From the NCBI GenBank assembly GCA_037076615.1, contig AP029158.1:527717-591716 (forward strand): 64,000 nt of DNA, read 5' to 3'. This stretch comes from Candidatus Parcubacteria bacterium. Lineage in GTDB: Bacteria > Patescibacteriota > Patescibacteriia > Patescibacteriales > UBA12465. Below the pieces are notes generated by a model. That model did no database searches. It was not told the DNA's origin and worked only from the letters and a program-made list of their open reading frames with translations. Position numbers and translations under genes: made by a program. Below are positions 18,370-27,995 of the stretch, in pieces; the first letter of the stretch is position 1, and the number at the start of each line of letters is the position of its first letter.

Positions 18370-18397
18370 ATTATATTATTTCCGCCGCCTTTGTCAA
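18370..18397 (-). promoter_or_regulatory. sigma70-type promoter (TTGACA-16-TATAAT)
   Basis: On the minus strand: perfect TTGACA (18397-18392) and perfect TATAAT (18375-18370). Confidence 0.65.
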
Positions 18398-18438
18398 CTA
18401 TTATTTTGGCTTTTTTAATCTAATTTAAGGCTAACTTC

Positions 18439-19371
18439 TTAAGCTTTTAACCATTTTTGTACAATCGCGGCCGCCTCCTCTTCAGTACTCACTTCAATTA
18501 GTTCGCGCCCCTGCTTCGCCCACCGCTTGAACCAAGTTTTTTGTCGCTTCGCAAAACGATAAATTGCCGTACTTAACTTTTCCACCATGGTCTCATAATC
18601 TATTTTTTCCTGGAGATACCAAGAGATGTAGCGATATTCCAAACCAAAAGAATTTAAGCGGGCCGAGGTGACGCCACTGTCTAATAAACGCTCCACCTCA
18701 GCCACTAGACCTTCTTTTTGCAGACGTTCTTTTAAGCGTTTCTCGATGCGGGCCCGCATCATCTCATCGTCCGGATTTAAACTGAGAATCAAAAAATCAT
18801 AAGCTGGTTTCTCTATTTTGGGGGCTGCTGCTTGTTGATTTAGAGTAATTTCCAAATAACGAACGAGTCGACGCGGATTATTCCGATCGCTATTATTTAA
18901 ACGCGCGGCAAAATCAGGCTTTAGAGACTGAAGTTTTTGATAAAGTTCCGTTACTGACATTTTTTCTAAGGACGCTCGAGTCTCAGGATTAGGAGCCGTC
19001 GGCGACAAGACATAACCGTCAACAATCGCCTGGAGATAAAGCCCGGAACCACCAACCAGTAAAGGCAACTTCTCGCGGGCGATAATTTCGTTGATGGCTT
19101 TACTGGCATCAACCTGATAGCGAGCGAGATTGTAATCTTCCATAGGCGCGCAGACATCAATCAGATGACAAGGAATAGTCTGACCAGGAAGAACATATTC
19201 GGCCAAATCTTTACCGGTGCCAATATCCATACCTCGAAAAACCTGACGACTGTCGGCAGAAACAATCTCCCCGTCAAAACGAGCGGCGAGTTTGACCCCC
19301 AAAGAAGTCTTGCCGGAGGCGGTGGGGCCAATAATTACTAAAACTTTAGGATCTTTGTTGCTAATTGACAT
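18439..19371 (-). CDS. miaA: tRNA dimethylallyltransferase
   Basis: 310 aa. P-loop GPTASGKTSL, DSRQVFRGMDIGT, and the family-typical remainder. Confidence 0.95.
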   Translation of the reverse strand: MSISNKDPKVLVIIGPTASGKTSLGVKLAARFDGEIVSADSRQVFRGMDIGTGKDLAEYVLPGQTIPCHLIDVCAPMEDYNLARYQVDASKAINEIIAREKLPLLVGGSGLYLQAIVDGYVLSPTAPNPETRASLEKMSVTELYQKLQSLKPDFAARLNNSDRNNPRRLVRYLEITLNQQAAAPKIEKPAYDFLILSLNPDDEMMRARIEKRLKERLQKEGLVAEVERLLDSGVTSARLNSFGLEYRYISWYLQEKIDYETMVEKLSTAIYRFAKRQKTWFKRWAKQGRELIEVSTEEEAAAIVQKWLKA

Positions 19372-19393
19372 ATCTTTGTAAGAATGCTAATAT
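19365..19393 (+). promoter_or_regulatory. Orphan sigma70-type promoter antisense to flanking genes
   Basis: TTGACA (19365-19370), 17-nt spacer, TAATAT (19388-19393). It points into the miaA-miaB spacer on the opposite strand to both genes. Confidence 0.6.
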
Positions 19394-19399
19394 AACTGC

Positions 19400-19588
19400 C
19401 GCTAGCATGACTTGTTCCTTATTGTTTTGTGGTTATCTGGCGCTTCCTCCAACGCCGAAAAAATAAAACAATTCCACAAGAACAAGCCCAACGCCGCTAG
19501 CGGCGCAAAAGCAGCACCGCCAAAAGTTCTTTTGCCAAATACCTAAGGCGACTGCTTTAGGGGTTCAAGTAATTTGAACCCCTTTTTT
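19400..19588 (+). ncRNA. Candidate structured small RNA (about 190 nt), class unknown
   Basis: Bounded by a consensus promoter and a strong + strand intrinsic terminator. Hairpins seen by eye: CTTGTTC..TTGTGG/CCACAAGAACAAG, CGCCG-CTAG-CGGCG, and GCAG..CGCC/GGCGACTGC. Only peptides of 23 aa or fewer are possible. Confidence 0.45.
19560..19588 (+). terminator. Intrinsic terminator of the candidate sRNA
   Basis: GGGGTTCAA-GTAAT-TTGAACCCC followed by TTTTTT. There is no T-run on the opposite strand, so it is + oriented. Confidence 0.8.
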
Positions 19589-19631
19589 ATTTGTACTAAT
19601 TTTTTAGACACTTAAAAAACAAGGGGGATAA

Positions 19632-20939
19632 TTACTCAACCAGAGCGCCATTAAGACCAAAGGGCAAAGCTTCAGTTATTAAAACGGTAACGAAATTGCC
19701 AATTAAATCAGGGGCCTTGGCACTGGCGGTGAAAAAGACTGTTTTATAATCCGCGCTTTTACCATAGTAACGACCGGCCTTATTTTGACCGTCAACTAAA
19801 ACAGTTACGGCCGTGCCAATTTTTTGCTGACTATTTTTCAAACTGCTCGCAATTAACTGGTCATTAAGAATTTTTTCCCGCCGCTTTTTTTCAATTGAGG
19901 AAACATTATCTTTCATCTTCCAAGAAGCGGTGCCTGGCCGCGGACTATAACGAGAAATATAGACTAGATCAAAATCAACTTCCGTAAATAATTTAACGGT
20001 GTTATTAAACTGCGCTTCCGTCTCCCCCGGGAAACCAACAATCACATCGGTAGTAATCGCCATCTCAGAGCGAGCCGCTCGTAACTGAGCGATTAAGTCT
20101 TTAAAATGGGCCACGGTATAATTACGGTTCATCGCTTTTAAAATTCCATCATCACCCGACTGAACGGCTAAATGTAAATGATTAACCACTTTTTCGGAAG
20201 CAGCGATAACCTCAATTAACTCCGGGCTTAAATCTTTGGGATGACTGGAAGAAAAGCGCACCCAGAAATCACCGGGTAAATCCGCGATCTCTTTTAGGAG
20301 GCGCGGAAAACTATAAACGCCACTGCGGTAGCTGTTTACATTCTGAGCAATTAAATTTATTTCTTTATAGCCAGCGCTTAAAAGTTTTTTTACTTCTGTC
20401 AAAACCTCAGCGGCCGGCCGATAAACTTCACGGCCGCGGGCGTAAGGCACAACACAATAAGAACAAAAGTTATCACAACCATTGCCGATTGGAACATAAG
20501 CACGATAAGTACTCTGGTGGCGAGCCGGAATCTTTAAATACTCTTCCCCACAATCTTGGCGCTCCGTTTCATAATCAGAATCTTCGGGACGCACCCCTTT
20601 AGCGGCCAAGAGCGCCACTAGCTCTGGCAAGCGGTTAATGTTCATAAACAGATCCACCTGCCCCTTAAGGCGACGCTGGACGTCAGGGCGGTAAGCTAAG
20701 CAGCCGGTAATAACCACCAAAGCTTGAGGATTCTTTTTACGCAACTGATTAACCCGGCCATAAACCCGATCTTCGGCCGATTGCCGCACCCCGCAAGTAA
20801 TAAAAACTACCAGCTGAGCGGTTTCTGCTTGAGCACTTTCGCTGTAACCCTGGCCATCTAAATAAGAGGCCAGACGTTCACTGTCGGCCTTATTCATCTG
20901 ACACCCGAGCGTGATTAAATGATAAGTATTGTTAGTCAT
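19632..20939 (-). CDS. miaB: tRNA-2-methylthio-N6-dimethylallyladenosine synthase
   Basis: 435 aa. TLGCQMNKADSE, radical-SAM CDNFCSYC, and a TRAM C-terminus. Confidence 0.93.
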   Translation of the reverse strand: MTNNTYHLITLGCQMNKADSERLASYLDGQGYSESAQAETAQLVVFITCGVRQSAEDRVYGRVNQLRKKNPQALVVITGCLAYRPDVQRRLKGQVDLFMNINRLPELVALLAAKGVRPEDSDYETERQDCGEEYLKIPARHQSTYRAYVPIGNGCDNFCSYCVVPYARGREVYRPAAEVLTEVKKLLSAGYKEINLIAQNVNSYRSGVYSFPRLLKEIADLPGDFWVRFSSSHPKDLSPELIEVIAASEKVVNHLHLAVQSGDDGILKAMNRNYTVAHFKDLIAQLRAARSEMAITTDVIVGFPGETEAQFNNTVKLFTEVDFDLVYISRYSPRPGTASWKMKDNVSSIEKKRREKILNDQLIASSLKNSQQKIGTAVTVLVDGQNKAGRYYGKSADYKTVFFTASAKAPDLIGNFVTVLITEALPFGLNGALVE

Positions 20940-22692
20940 GATTTAAAGATTTTAATTGATACAAGGTAAAGTCGCGACCAATAAATTCTACCGGCTCTAA
21001 CTGCAAACCAAATTCAGGCAGGCGGCTGGCATTTAAATAGTTTAAATCTTTATCCGGATAAGTAAAGTTTAGATAATAGACCGGATAATGAGCCAGTAGT
21101 TTTCTTAAATAAGGATAATAGGGTGGCTCATGCATTAAGCCCATAATCACTGACCTTTGTGGGAACAATACTTTGTCGTGATACTGAGTCAAGATAATGG
21201 CCTCGGGCGGAGTTAATTCTAAAACAGTTTTACCAATCTGGCGATCAGCAGCCATATTATAAGACAAATTCGTTAGACTTTCTTCACCAGAAAAAACGAG
21301 AAAATTAAAAGAGTAAGCCGCCACCGCCAAGTAAGCAATTAGTAAAGTCGTGCCGACCAGCCATTTATAAACCCGATAGCGCCGGCAGAAAAAGAAGAGG
21401 CCGCGCGCTAGCAATTCCCAACTCAGGGCAACTAAGGGCAAGGCCATTAAATAAATCGGCAACCAATACCGGGTATAAGAATTACCAATTGTATGGCTGG
21501 CGGCGTTAGGGTTATCGGTAAACCGCCAAGAGCCGTAATATAAAACTAAGACCACCGATAAAAAAAGCCAGCACAAAAGGTAAACTAAATATTTCTTGGC
21601 CGGCTTTTTTATATTTAACAATAATAAAATTAAACAGCCCAGGGCAGCGAAAACGGTCAGCCAAGGAAACATTTGGACCACATAATAATTAAACATGTCC
21701 AAAGACTGGTGCGGCTTAAAACCAAAATAGAAAACCGTGTCTTTTACTGTTTGCCCGAAATTAGTTAAAGCGGTTTTAAAAGCGGCTCCTGATTGAACGA
21801 CAAAAGTGTTGCCGGCGGCCGACAAAGTTTCGAGCGACCGATTCATTTCATTATAGCCGCCGTAAAAAGGAGAATTATATAGGAGTTGGTTATAATAAAA
21901 AGTGGGCAGAAGTGCCAAAACTAAACCAACTAAAAAGAGTAAAATACGACTAAAGCCGAGCCGGCGCCAATAAAATAAAGCGATAATTCCTAAAACTGGC
22001 AACAGCCATATTATTTCTGAGGTGCGCGTGGCAATCGCTCCACCAAAGAAAAACCCCGATAAAATTATCAAAAACCAACCCTTAATAGTGAATTTATTCG
22101 GTTTACTCTTAAAAAAGTTTTGTTTTAGAGGCTTATAGCGACGACTGAGAGCTAAGGCCAGAAAGTAAGCACCGATAATTAACATTACTAAAAACAAAAC
22201 ATTGTGAAACATACTCCTTAGGGAGTAATAAAAATAAACCGGAAAAACTGCCAGTAGGCCCGCCGAAAGTGCCGCAATTCGTTCCGAAAAAATCCGCCGC
22301 AAGAAGAGGAAGAAAAAAATAATCCCCAGGGCTCCGAAAAATGGTGTTAAATAAGGGATGATAATCGGACTAATTAAGGCCCCTAAATGGCCATAAAGAA
22401 TAATTAAACCTAAGAAGCTGACCGGTTTTAGCCAACCGGCATCACTCCGCATGCTCCGAGGCATGACCAGATCAGAAGCGACCACATTAGCCTCCTCAAA
22501 CTGCGCAATCTCCCCGGTGGTCGCCAAGCGATAAACGAAGAAATAATTAGCCGTTTCGTCAGGAGAGTTCCATTTTACGAGACTTTCATGCTGGGTAGTA
22601 TAATTAAAGTAAGAGGTGCCAATAAAAAAAGCGACCGCCAGAAGAAGGACAGTAACAAAATAAGCGCTCGGAGTTTTCAGTCGCTTGGCCAT
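20932..22692 (-). CDS. GT-C fold glycosyltransferase (ArnT/PMT-like, family 39/83-like)
   Basis: 586 aa with more than 10 predicted TM helices. The first-loop SPDETANYF resembles the DE(x)RY loop motif of ArnT/PMT enzymes. Confidence 0.6.
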   Translation of the reverse strand: MAKRLKTPSAYFVTVLLLAVAFFIGTSYFNYTTQHESLVKWNSPDETANYFFVYRLATTGEIAQFEEANVVASDLVMPRSMRSDAGWLKPVSFLGLIILYGHLGALISPIIIPYLTPFFGALGIIFFFLFLRRIFSERIAALSAGLLAVFPVYFYYSLRSMFHNVLFLVMLIIGAYFLALALSRRYKPLKQNFFKSKPNKFTIKGWFLIILSGFFFGGAIATRTSEIIWLLPVLGIIALFYWRRLGFSRILLFLVGLVLALLPTFYYNQLLYNSPFYGGYNEMNRSLETLSAAGNTFVVQSGAAFKTALTNFGQTVKDTVFYFGFKPHQSLDMFNYYVVQMFPWLTVFAALGCLILLLLNIKKPAKKYLVYLLCWLFLSVVLVLYYGSWRFTDNPNAASHTIGNSYTRYWLPIYLMALPLVALSWELLARGLFFFCRRYRVYKWLVGTTLLIAYLAVAAYSFNFLVFSGEESLTNLSYNMAADRQIGKTVLELTPPEAIILTQYHDKVLFPQRSVIMGLMHEPPYYPYLRKLLAHYPVYYLNFTYPDKDLNYLNASRLPEFGLQLEPVEFIGRDFTLYQLKSLNHD

Positions 22693-22766
22693 ACCCTAAA
22701 AGCTTATAAAAAAATACCCTTTTTAGCAAGAATTTGCTATATTTAGGCTTAGACACTTTTAATTTT

Positions 22767-24671
22767 ATGAAAAAGATAAAAAAAGTTATTTCGGAAAAGA
22801 ATTTATTGGCTATTTTAAGCTTAATCATGATTTTTGGGAGCTTAATCTATTTTTTCTATAAACTTAATGGATTTGGGGTCGCCCTAACTTTAATTCTTAG
22901 TGCCGGGACCTTCTACTTTATCCGCCCCTACTTAAAAATTAACCCCTGGCCAGTCTTAAGTCGGGAGCCCGAAGGAAAAATTGACTATTTATCTTTGCTT
23001 ATTTTTATACTAGCCACGGCCACGGCCTGGGCTTTTTTAATTAAGGGGCGAAGCGGCGCCGCTCTCATTTCTCCTTGGCAAACCGTTTCTCCTGGGCTCT
23101 TTCTCGCTTACGCCCTTGCAACCTTTGCTCTCCTCACTTTACTTCTTCGTGCCAAAGCCAATAATCGGAACCGGTGGCTGCTCTGCGCTCATTACGCCCT
23201 TAGTTTCTCTGTTGCCGCCACCGTTTATAAAATTGGTTATGGGTTTGATCCTTTTATCCATCAGGCCAGCATGGAGATGATTATCCATCAGGGCTTTATT
23301 TTACCTAAAACCCCAATCTACTTAGGAGAATATTCCCTAATCACCATTATTTCTCGGTTTACCGGCCTTAGCGTTTATCTCTTAAATAAATTTTTAGTTC
23401 CCGTAACGGCCGCCTTACTACTTCCCGGAGCGATTAAAACTTTAGGAGATAGTCGCGGGCGCACAGTGGCCGCCCTCTTGAGCGGCTTACTGATTTTAAT
23501 CTTCCCTTTTAGTTTCTTAACCGTGAGCACGCCGCAAAATTTTGCTTATTTGTTTTTGATTTTAGCCTTGATCTACTCTCTGTCGGGACAACGTTTTCTA
23601 TCACTTCTTTTAGCCTTGGCCACCTTCGCGATTCATCCGATTGCCGGCCTACCGATTCTAAGTTTTTGGGCTTTCAGAGAGCTTAATTACCGGCGCCCCT
23701 TGTTAAGCACCCGTACTTACAAGCGGCGGCGCCTGATTACTTTTTTAGGCAGCTTATTATCTCTCCCCCTCGCTTTTGCAATCATCAACAACCAATCATT
23801 GCTAAAGTTGCGACTGTCACTTAACGGTTTGAAGTCTTTAGATTTTTGGCCGGCCTATAGTGGCAACCTTGCCTCTTTCTATTTAAACTTCCCTTACCTA
23901 TTCACTTTTTTGCTCTGGCCCAGCTTTATCGCTTTAGCAATTTATGGCGCCTATAGATGGCGAAACTTTGAAAATGAAAAATCCGACACTTGGTTAACGA
24001 TTGGCGCTTTAGCCGGGGCGTGGATGATGACCGCCTCCCTATCTTTTGATTTTTTAATTGACTACGAACAAGCCGACTATCTCAACCGGCTTGTTTTAAT
24101 GATCGCTCTTTTTGCGTCACCCTGGGTATTAGCGGCCTTGGGCGATTTGGTGTCCCGAACCCGAGAAAAGAGCACCCCCGCAAAGATTGCCTTTACCTTG
24201 GCCGGGGCCTTAATTATTACCAGCAGTTTTTATCTTTCCTATCCCCGCCAAGACCAGTTTGTTAATTCGCGCGGCTACAGTGTCTCCGAAGCTGATTTGG
24301 AAGCCGTACGCCTAATTAATGACGATGCTGCTGGCGCTGATTATGTCGTTTTAGCGAACCAACAAACCAGTGTCGCCGCCCTAAAAGAGTCCGGCTTTGG
24401 CCATTACTTTAACACTCCTTCTGGCCCAGTTTTCTTTTACCCCATTCCCACCGGCGGTCCGCTCTATCAATATTATTTAGCTTGGGTTAACGACGGTCCA
24501 CAAACAGCAATAATTGAGGGCGTTAAAGACTTAACCCAAGCAGAAAAAATCTATTTAGTAATTAATCGCTATTGGTACCGCAGTGATCGCTTAATTGGAG
24601 AGACAAGCTTAAAAGCCCTAGACTCTTGGGTAACGGGCGACAAAGAAGTCTATATTTTTCGCCTCCAATAA
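22767..24671 (+). CDS. Polytopic membrane protein, function unknown
   Basis: The ATG at 22767 (MKKIKKV...) is preferred to the TTG at 22734. Many hydrophobic helices plus a soluble C-terminal domain of about 150 aa. Confidence 0.6.
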   Translation: MKKIKKVISEKNLLAILSLIMIFGSLIYFFYKLNGFGVALTLILSAGTFYFIRPYLKINPWPVLSREPEGKIDYLSLLIFILATATAWAFLIKGRSGAALISPWQTVSPGLFLAYALATFALLTLLLRAKANNRNRWLLCAHYALSFSVAATVYKIGYGFDPFIHQASMEMIIHQGFILPKTPIYLGEYSLITIISRFTGLSVYLLNKFLVPVTAALLLPGAIKTLGDSRGRTVAALLSGLLILIFPFSFLTVSTPQNFAYLFLILALIYSLSGQRFLSLLLALATFAIHPIAGLPILSFWAFRELNYRRPLLSTRTYKRRRLITFLGSLLSLPLAFAIINNQSLLKLRLSLNGLKSLDFWPAYSGNLASFYLNFPYLFTFLLWPSFIALAIYGAYRWRNFENEKSDTWLTIGALAGAWMMTASLSFDFLIDYEQADYLNRLVLMIALFASPWVLAALGDLVSRTREKSTPAKIAFTLAGALIITSSFYLSYPRQDQFVNSRGYSVSEADLEAVRLINDDAAGADYVVLANQQTSVAALKESGFGHYFNTPSGPVFFYPIPTGGPLYQYYLAWVNDGPQTAIIEGVKDLTQAEKIYLVINRYWYRSDRLIGETSLKALDSWVTGDKEVYIFRLQ

Positions 24672-24705
24672 AAAAACCGCGCTCCTTAAAAGACGCGGCT
24701 TTTTC
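24672..24705. terminator. Hairpin terminator between convergent genes
   Basis: AAAAACCGCG...CGCGGCTTTTT. Confidence 0.55.
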
Positions 24706-24717
24706 GCAGAAAAAATA

Positions 24718-27111
24718 TTAGTGCCTTTTTTCTTGATAGGAAAAAACTGGCCCCACCGATAAATACTTACCGGAATCTAGTTCATAAATTAAGGCCAAAA
24801 AATCAACACCAATAGTCTGACTTAAGTGGCCACTCGGGACACTCAAGCGAAAACTATTTTCGTTAGGTTCAACTAATTTATACTGCCGAGCAAAGGAGCT
24901 AATAAAATCTTGATCCCGACTACTTAAAGCTTCATTATTTAATTCCTTGGTAATAATACCGGCAATCTGCGTTAATTTACTATTCTCTTCTTTTAAAGTG
25001 ACACCCACCGACGGAACTTTTTTATTAATCCCCATGCCGGCAAAAAGCCCATTAATCATTTCGTTATCAGCAATAATTTTCTTGATTAAAGAATAGTTAG
25101 GCTCAATATAAAAATCATCATTTAAAACGACATCAGTATTTAAGCCGCTGCGATTCTCCGACAATCCGGCCGGCGTCAGGTTGGCGAGCGGTAATTGCAA
25201 GTCCACCCAAGCCCCGGCAGCGGTATTTACTAAGCGTTCTGACCAAGCGGGCGTGCTCGCATAGGCCTGCATTTGGTTGTTGTTGGTGGAAAAAAGCGAT
25301 TGAATTGTTTCTAAAGTTGACCAATAATTATTGTCATGCCAAACCGGCCAAGACTTTAAATCCGTCTGCAAGGCCGCGAGCGCGAAAGGATATTTTTCAT
25401 ATTGAGAATTGACTTGCCAATGATTAGAAAGAGAAACCTTGTCGGTAACTAAGGCAATTACATCAAGGCCGCTGCCATTGCAGCGTTCACTTCGGTCGCG
25501 ACACGAAGTCACATTGTTTTTATCTTCATTTCTGATGCTCTGGGCGCCGGTAAAAGCACCTAAGTCCTGACCACTTAAACGTTTAAAAATATAATCGTTG
25601 GGCCAATAATAATCGGCTAATAATTTAAAGCCCAGTTGCGGACGCTGCTCATTTTTATCTAAAGCGCCTAAAGAAGGATTAAAGTTTAAACTCAAAAGTT
25701 CTTGGCGCAGAGTTTCTAAATTCGCTTCACTGTCTTTATTCTCCCAAGCGAATAAAGTGGCGGGGTCGTAATCAGTACCAAATAAATGTTGCATCGCCTC
25801 ATCGTATTGGCGATAGGTTAGATCATCACGTAAGCCACGATAAAAAGACAGAAGTTTATAAACCAAGGCCCAGCGATTCTTTAACTCCTGGTCATTAGAA
25901 AAATCCTTAGTAATAAAAGTGACTGCAGTTAAACTAATGCGAGCATCATCTTTATCTAGAAAACAGTTAGGACAAGACTCATCTTTAACCACTAAAGGAA
26001 AGACTGAATTAAGCCAGCGACTGGCGAGATAGAAATTTTTTAATTTTTCCGTGCGCTGATACTCAGCGGGGACAGTAAATTCTTGATAATCACGTTCATA
26101 GAGCAAGACCGGCGACTTGGTTTTTTCCCGCCCCTGGCGAATCAAAGCTACTTCGCGACCGGCGTCTTTCTGCAAATAAGGCAGAATGGTAAAAGCAAAA
26201 GTGTTGGCTTCTGTAGCGCCAAATTTAGTGGCGCTTTTACTATCAGGATCGACTTGCTCCGCCTCAGGTTCTAATAGTTCTAAGGCCACGGCGAAGTAAG
26301 CCATGGCGAGGCGCTGCGACTCTAAAATTGGATCGTTAATGTTGCCCAGTTCAGAAAGACGATTCTCATAACGATGGCGCGCTTGCTCATAAAGAGATTT
26401 AGAAATCCCGTGAAGACTGTCATAAAAAATAGTTTCTTCAATATCTTTAAAAACCTGCTGAATGGTATTTTGATGATAATATAATAAAAAATCACTAGTA
26501 ATTAAAAGGGGTATACCTTTTTGCGACAACCAATCATAGGCGCCATAAAAATCCTTAATTTCCGAGTCAGGATTAGGTAAAACGGAAAAACCATTTTGAT
26601 TCAAATTCTCAAGAGCGTTATCTAGCTCTAGACGCCGAGACACATCATAATAATTTAAAACATCAATTTTAACATTAAGTGGTAGCGAATAATCAACTAA
26701 AGAGAACTCCGGGATCGCCGTCGGAGCCTCATAAAAATCACGAAAATTATATTTCTCTAAGGCCCCCGAAAGTAAAGACTCGTTCCACTCATCAGTGACT
26801 GCTGGTGTCTCATCGGTCGGCAAGTGGGTTTCTGTGCTCGTTGCTTCCCCGGTACCAACCTCACTGCCATTGCGATCAATAATCACTAGTGGATTTTTTT
26901 CCGGCGTAGGCACCAAAATCTTTATTACCAAAAAAAGCCCTAAACCAAAAACGACTAACAGGCCTAATCCAATTAAAATTTTCCGTTTATTTTTTTCCCA
27001 AAAAGACGGGTCATCGTCGGGATTATAAACCAAGGGCACTCCCAGTGCCACTGGCGCTTGCGAATCGCTAGGTAAGATGGGGCCATTGTTTTGATCAAGG
27101 TCGGAAAACAT
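24718..27111 (-). CDS. Large membrane-anchored extracytoplasmic protein (797 aa), possibly DUF3160-like
   Basis: One N-terminal TM helix (ILIGLGLLVVFGLGLFLVIKILV), then about 730 aa with no catalytic motif I recognise. The family name is a guess from size and architecture. Confidence 0.55.
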   Translation of the reverse strand: MFSDLDQNNGPILPSDSQAPVALGVPLVYNPDDDPSFWEKNKRKILIGLGLLVVFGLGLFLVIKILVPTPEKNPLVIIDRNGSEVGTGEATSTETHLPTDETPAVTDEWNESLLSGALEKYNFRDFYEAPTAIPEFSLVDYSLPLNVKIDVLNYYDVSRRLELDNALENLNQNGFSVLPNPDSEIKDFYGAYDWLSQKGIPLLITSDFLLYYHQNTIQQVFKDIEETIFYDSLHGISKSLYEQARHRYENRLSELGNINDPILESQRLAMAYFAVALELLEPEAEQVDPDSKSATKFGATEANTFAFTILPYLQKDAGREVALIRQGREKTKSPVLLYERDYQEFTVPAEYQRTEKLKNFYLASRWLNSVFPLVVKDESCPNCFLDKDDARISLTAVTFITKDFSNDQELKNRWALVYKLLSFYRGLRDDLTYRQYDEAMQHLFGTDYDPATLFAWENKDSEANLETLRQELLSLNFNPSLGALDKNEQRPQLGFKLLADYYWPNDYIFKRLSGQDLGAFTGAQSIRNEDKNNVTSCRDRSERCNGSGLDVIALVTDKVSLSNHWQVNSQYEKYPFALAALQTDLKSWPVWHDNNYWSTLETIQSLFSTNNNQMQAYASTPAWSERLVNTAAGAWVDLQLPLANLTPAGLSENRSGLNTDVVLNDDFYIEPNYSLIKKIIADNEMINGLFAGMGINKKVPSVGVTLKEENSKLTQIAGIITKELNNEALSSRDQDFISSFARQYKLVEPNENSFRLSVPSGHLSQTIGVDFLALIYELDSGKYLSVGPVFSYQEKRH

Positions 27112-27114
27112 AAA

Positions 27115-27975
27115 TTAATCAGGTAAATATTTACTCTTATTGGCTAAATGCTGCTCATAAGTAACGGCGTAAACTAAATCTTTGGTGCCCGCTGGAGTCA
27201 GAAAATAATTATAATTCGTGTCACTAGGGTAAATAGCCGCCTCAATAGCTAGGATGCCGGGATTAGAGATCGGGCTCGGAGTTAGACCCCGATGGAGATA
27301 AGTGTTGAATGGTGAAGGGGTTTGTGTGTCAGCGGTGGTGTACTGGGGCTTATTAACCCCCAAGATATAAGCTAAGGAGGCACAAGATTGAAGGGCCTGA
27401 TTATTTTCTATTCGACGCCAAAAAATACCGGCCACAATTTTAGCATCGGCATTATCGTTTTGCGCATAAAAAATCGGGGCTTCTTTTTCTACTAAGGAAG
27501 CCATAGTGACTATTTCGCTAATTGTTTTTCCCTGAGCGGAAATCTCGGCGCGCAAATCGGCACTTAATTTTCTATCAAAATTACTTAACATTCTCGTTAA
27601 AATATCCTCAGGTGTACTGGAGGCAAAAAAGCGGTAAGTGTCAGGATAGAGGTAACCTTCTAAATCGGTACCGGCCGGACGATCCGCTAAAAAATCAAAA
27701 CGTTCACTAGGATAATTCCACTGCGCCTCAAGAAATTCTTCTTCGGTTAATAGCCCGGCGGCCGCCAAAATTTTCGCCACCTCTTTATTGTTAGCCCCCT
27801 CGGGAATGCGCACGGTTTTTTCTTCCTGATAAACAACTGGCTCGGGCTCCGGTTCACGCCCCAAAATATTGTCAAAAAAAACTTGCGATCGCGTTGGCGC
27901 CACCTGATAAATAATTACTCCACCGACCAGTAAGAAGGCGATCAGTGCTAAAATTATTTTACTAACTGAACTCAT
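27115..27975 (-). CDS. mltG: Endolytic murein transglycosylase MltG (YceG family)
   Basis: 286 aa. N-terminal TM, ASLVEKEA motif, and ...NTYLHRGLTPSPISNPG typical of YceG/MltG. Confidence 0.88.
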   Translation of the reverse strand: MSSVSKIILALIAFLLVGGVIIYQVAPTRSQVFFDNILGREPEPEPVVYQEEKTVRIPEGANNKEVAKILAAAGLLTEEEFLEAQWNYPSERFDFLADRPAGTDLEGYLYPDTYRFFASSTPEDILTRMLSNFDRKLSADLRAEISAQGKTISEIVTMASLVEKEAPIFYAQNDNADAKIVAGIFWRRIENNQALQSCASLAYILGVNKPQYTTADTQTPSPFNTYLHRGLTPSPISNPGILAIEAAIYPSDTNYNYFLTPAGTKDLVYAVTYEQHLANKSKYLPD

Positions 27976-27995
27976 ATTTTTAGGAGGCGGTCTCC

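Noticed and set aside
19404-19480. Short peptides in the miaA-miaB spacer (for example MTCSLLFCGYLALPPTPKK, 19 aa).
   Set aside because: No ribosome-binding context and no recognisable family. The region is better explained as structured RNA, so it is kept only as an alternative in the finding.
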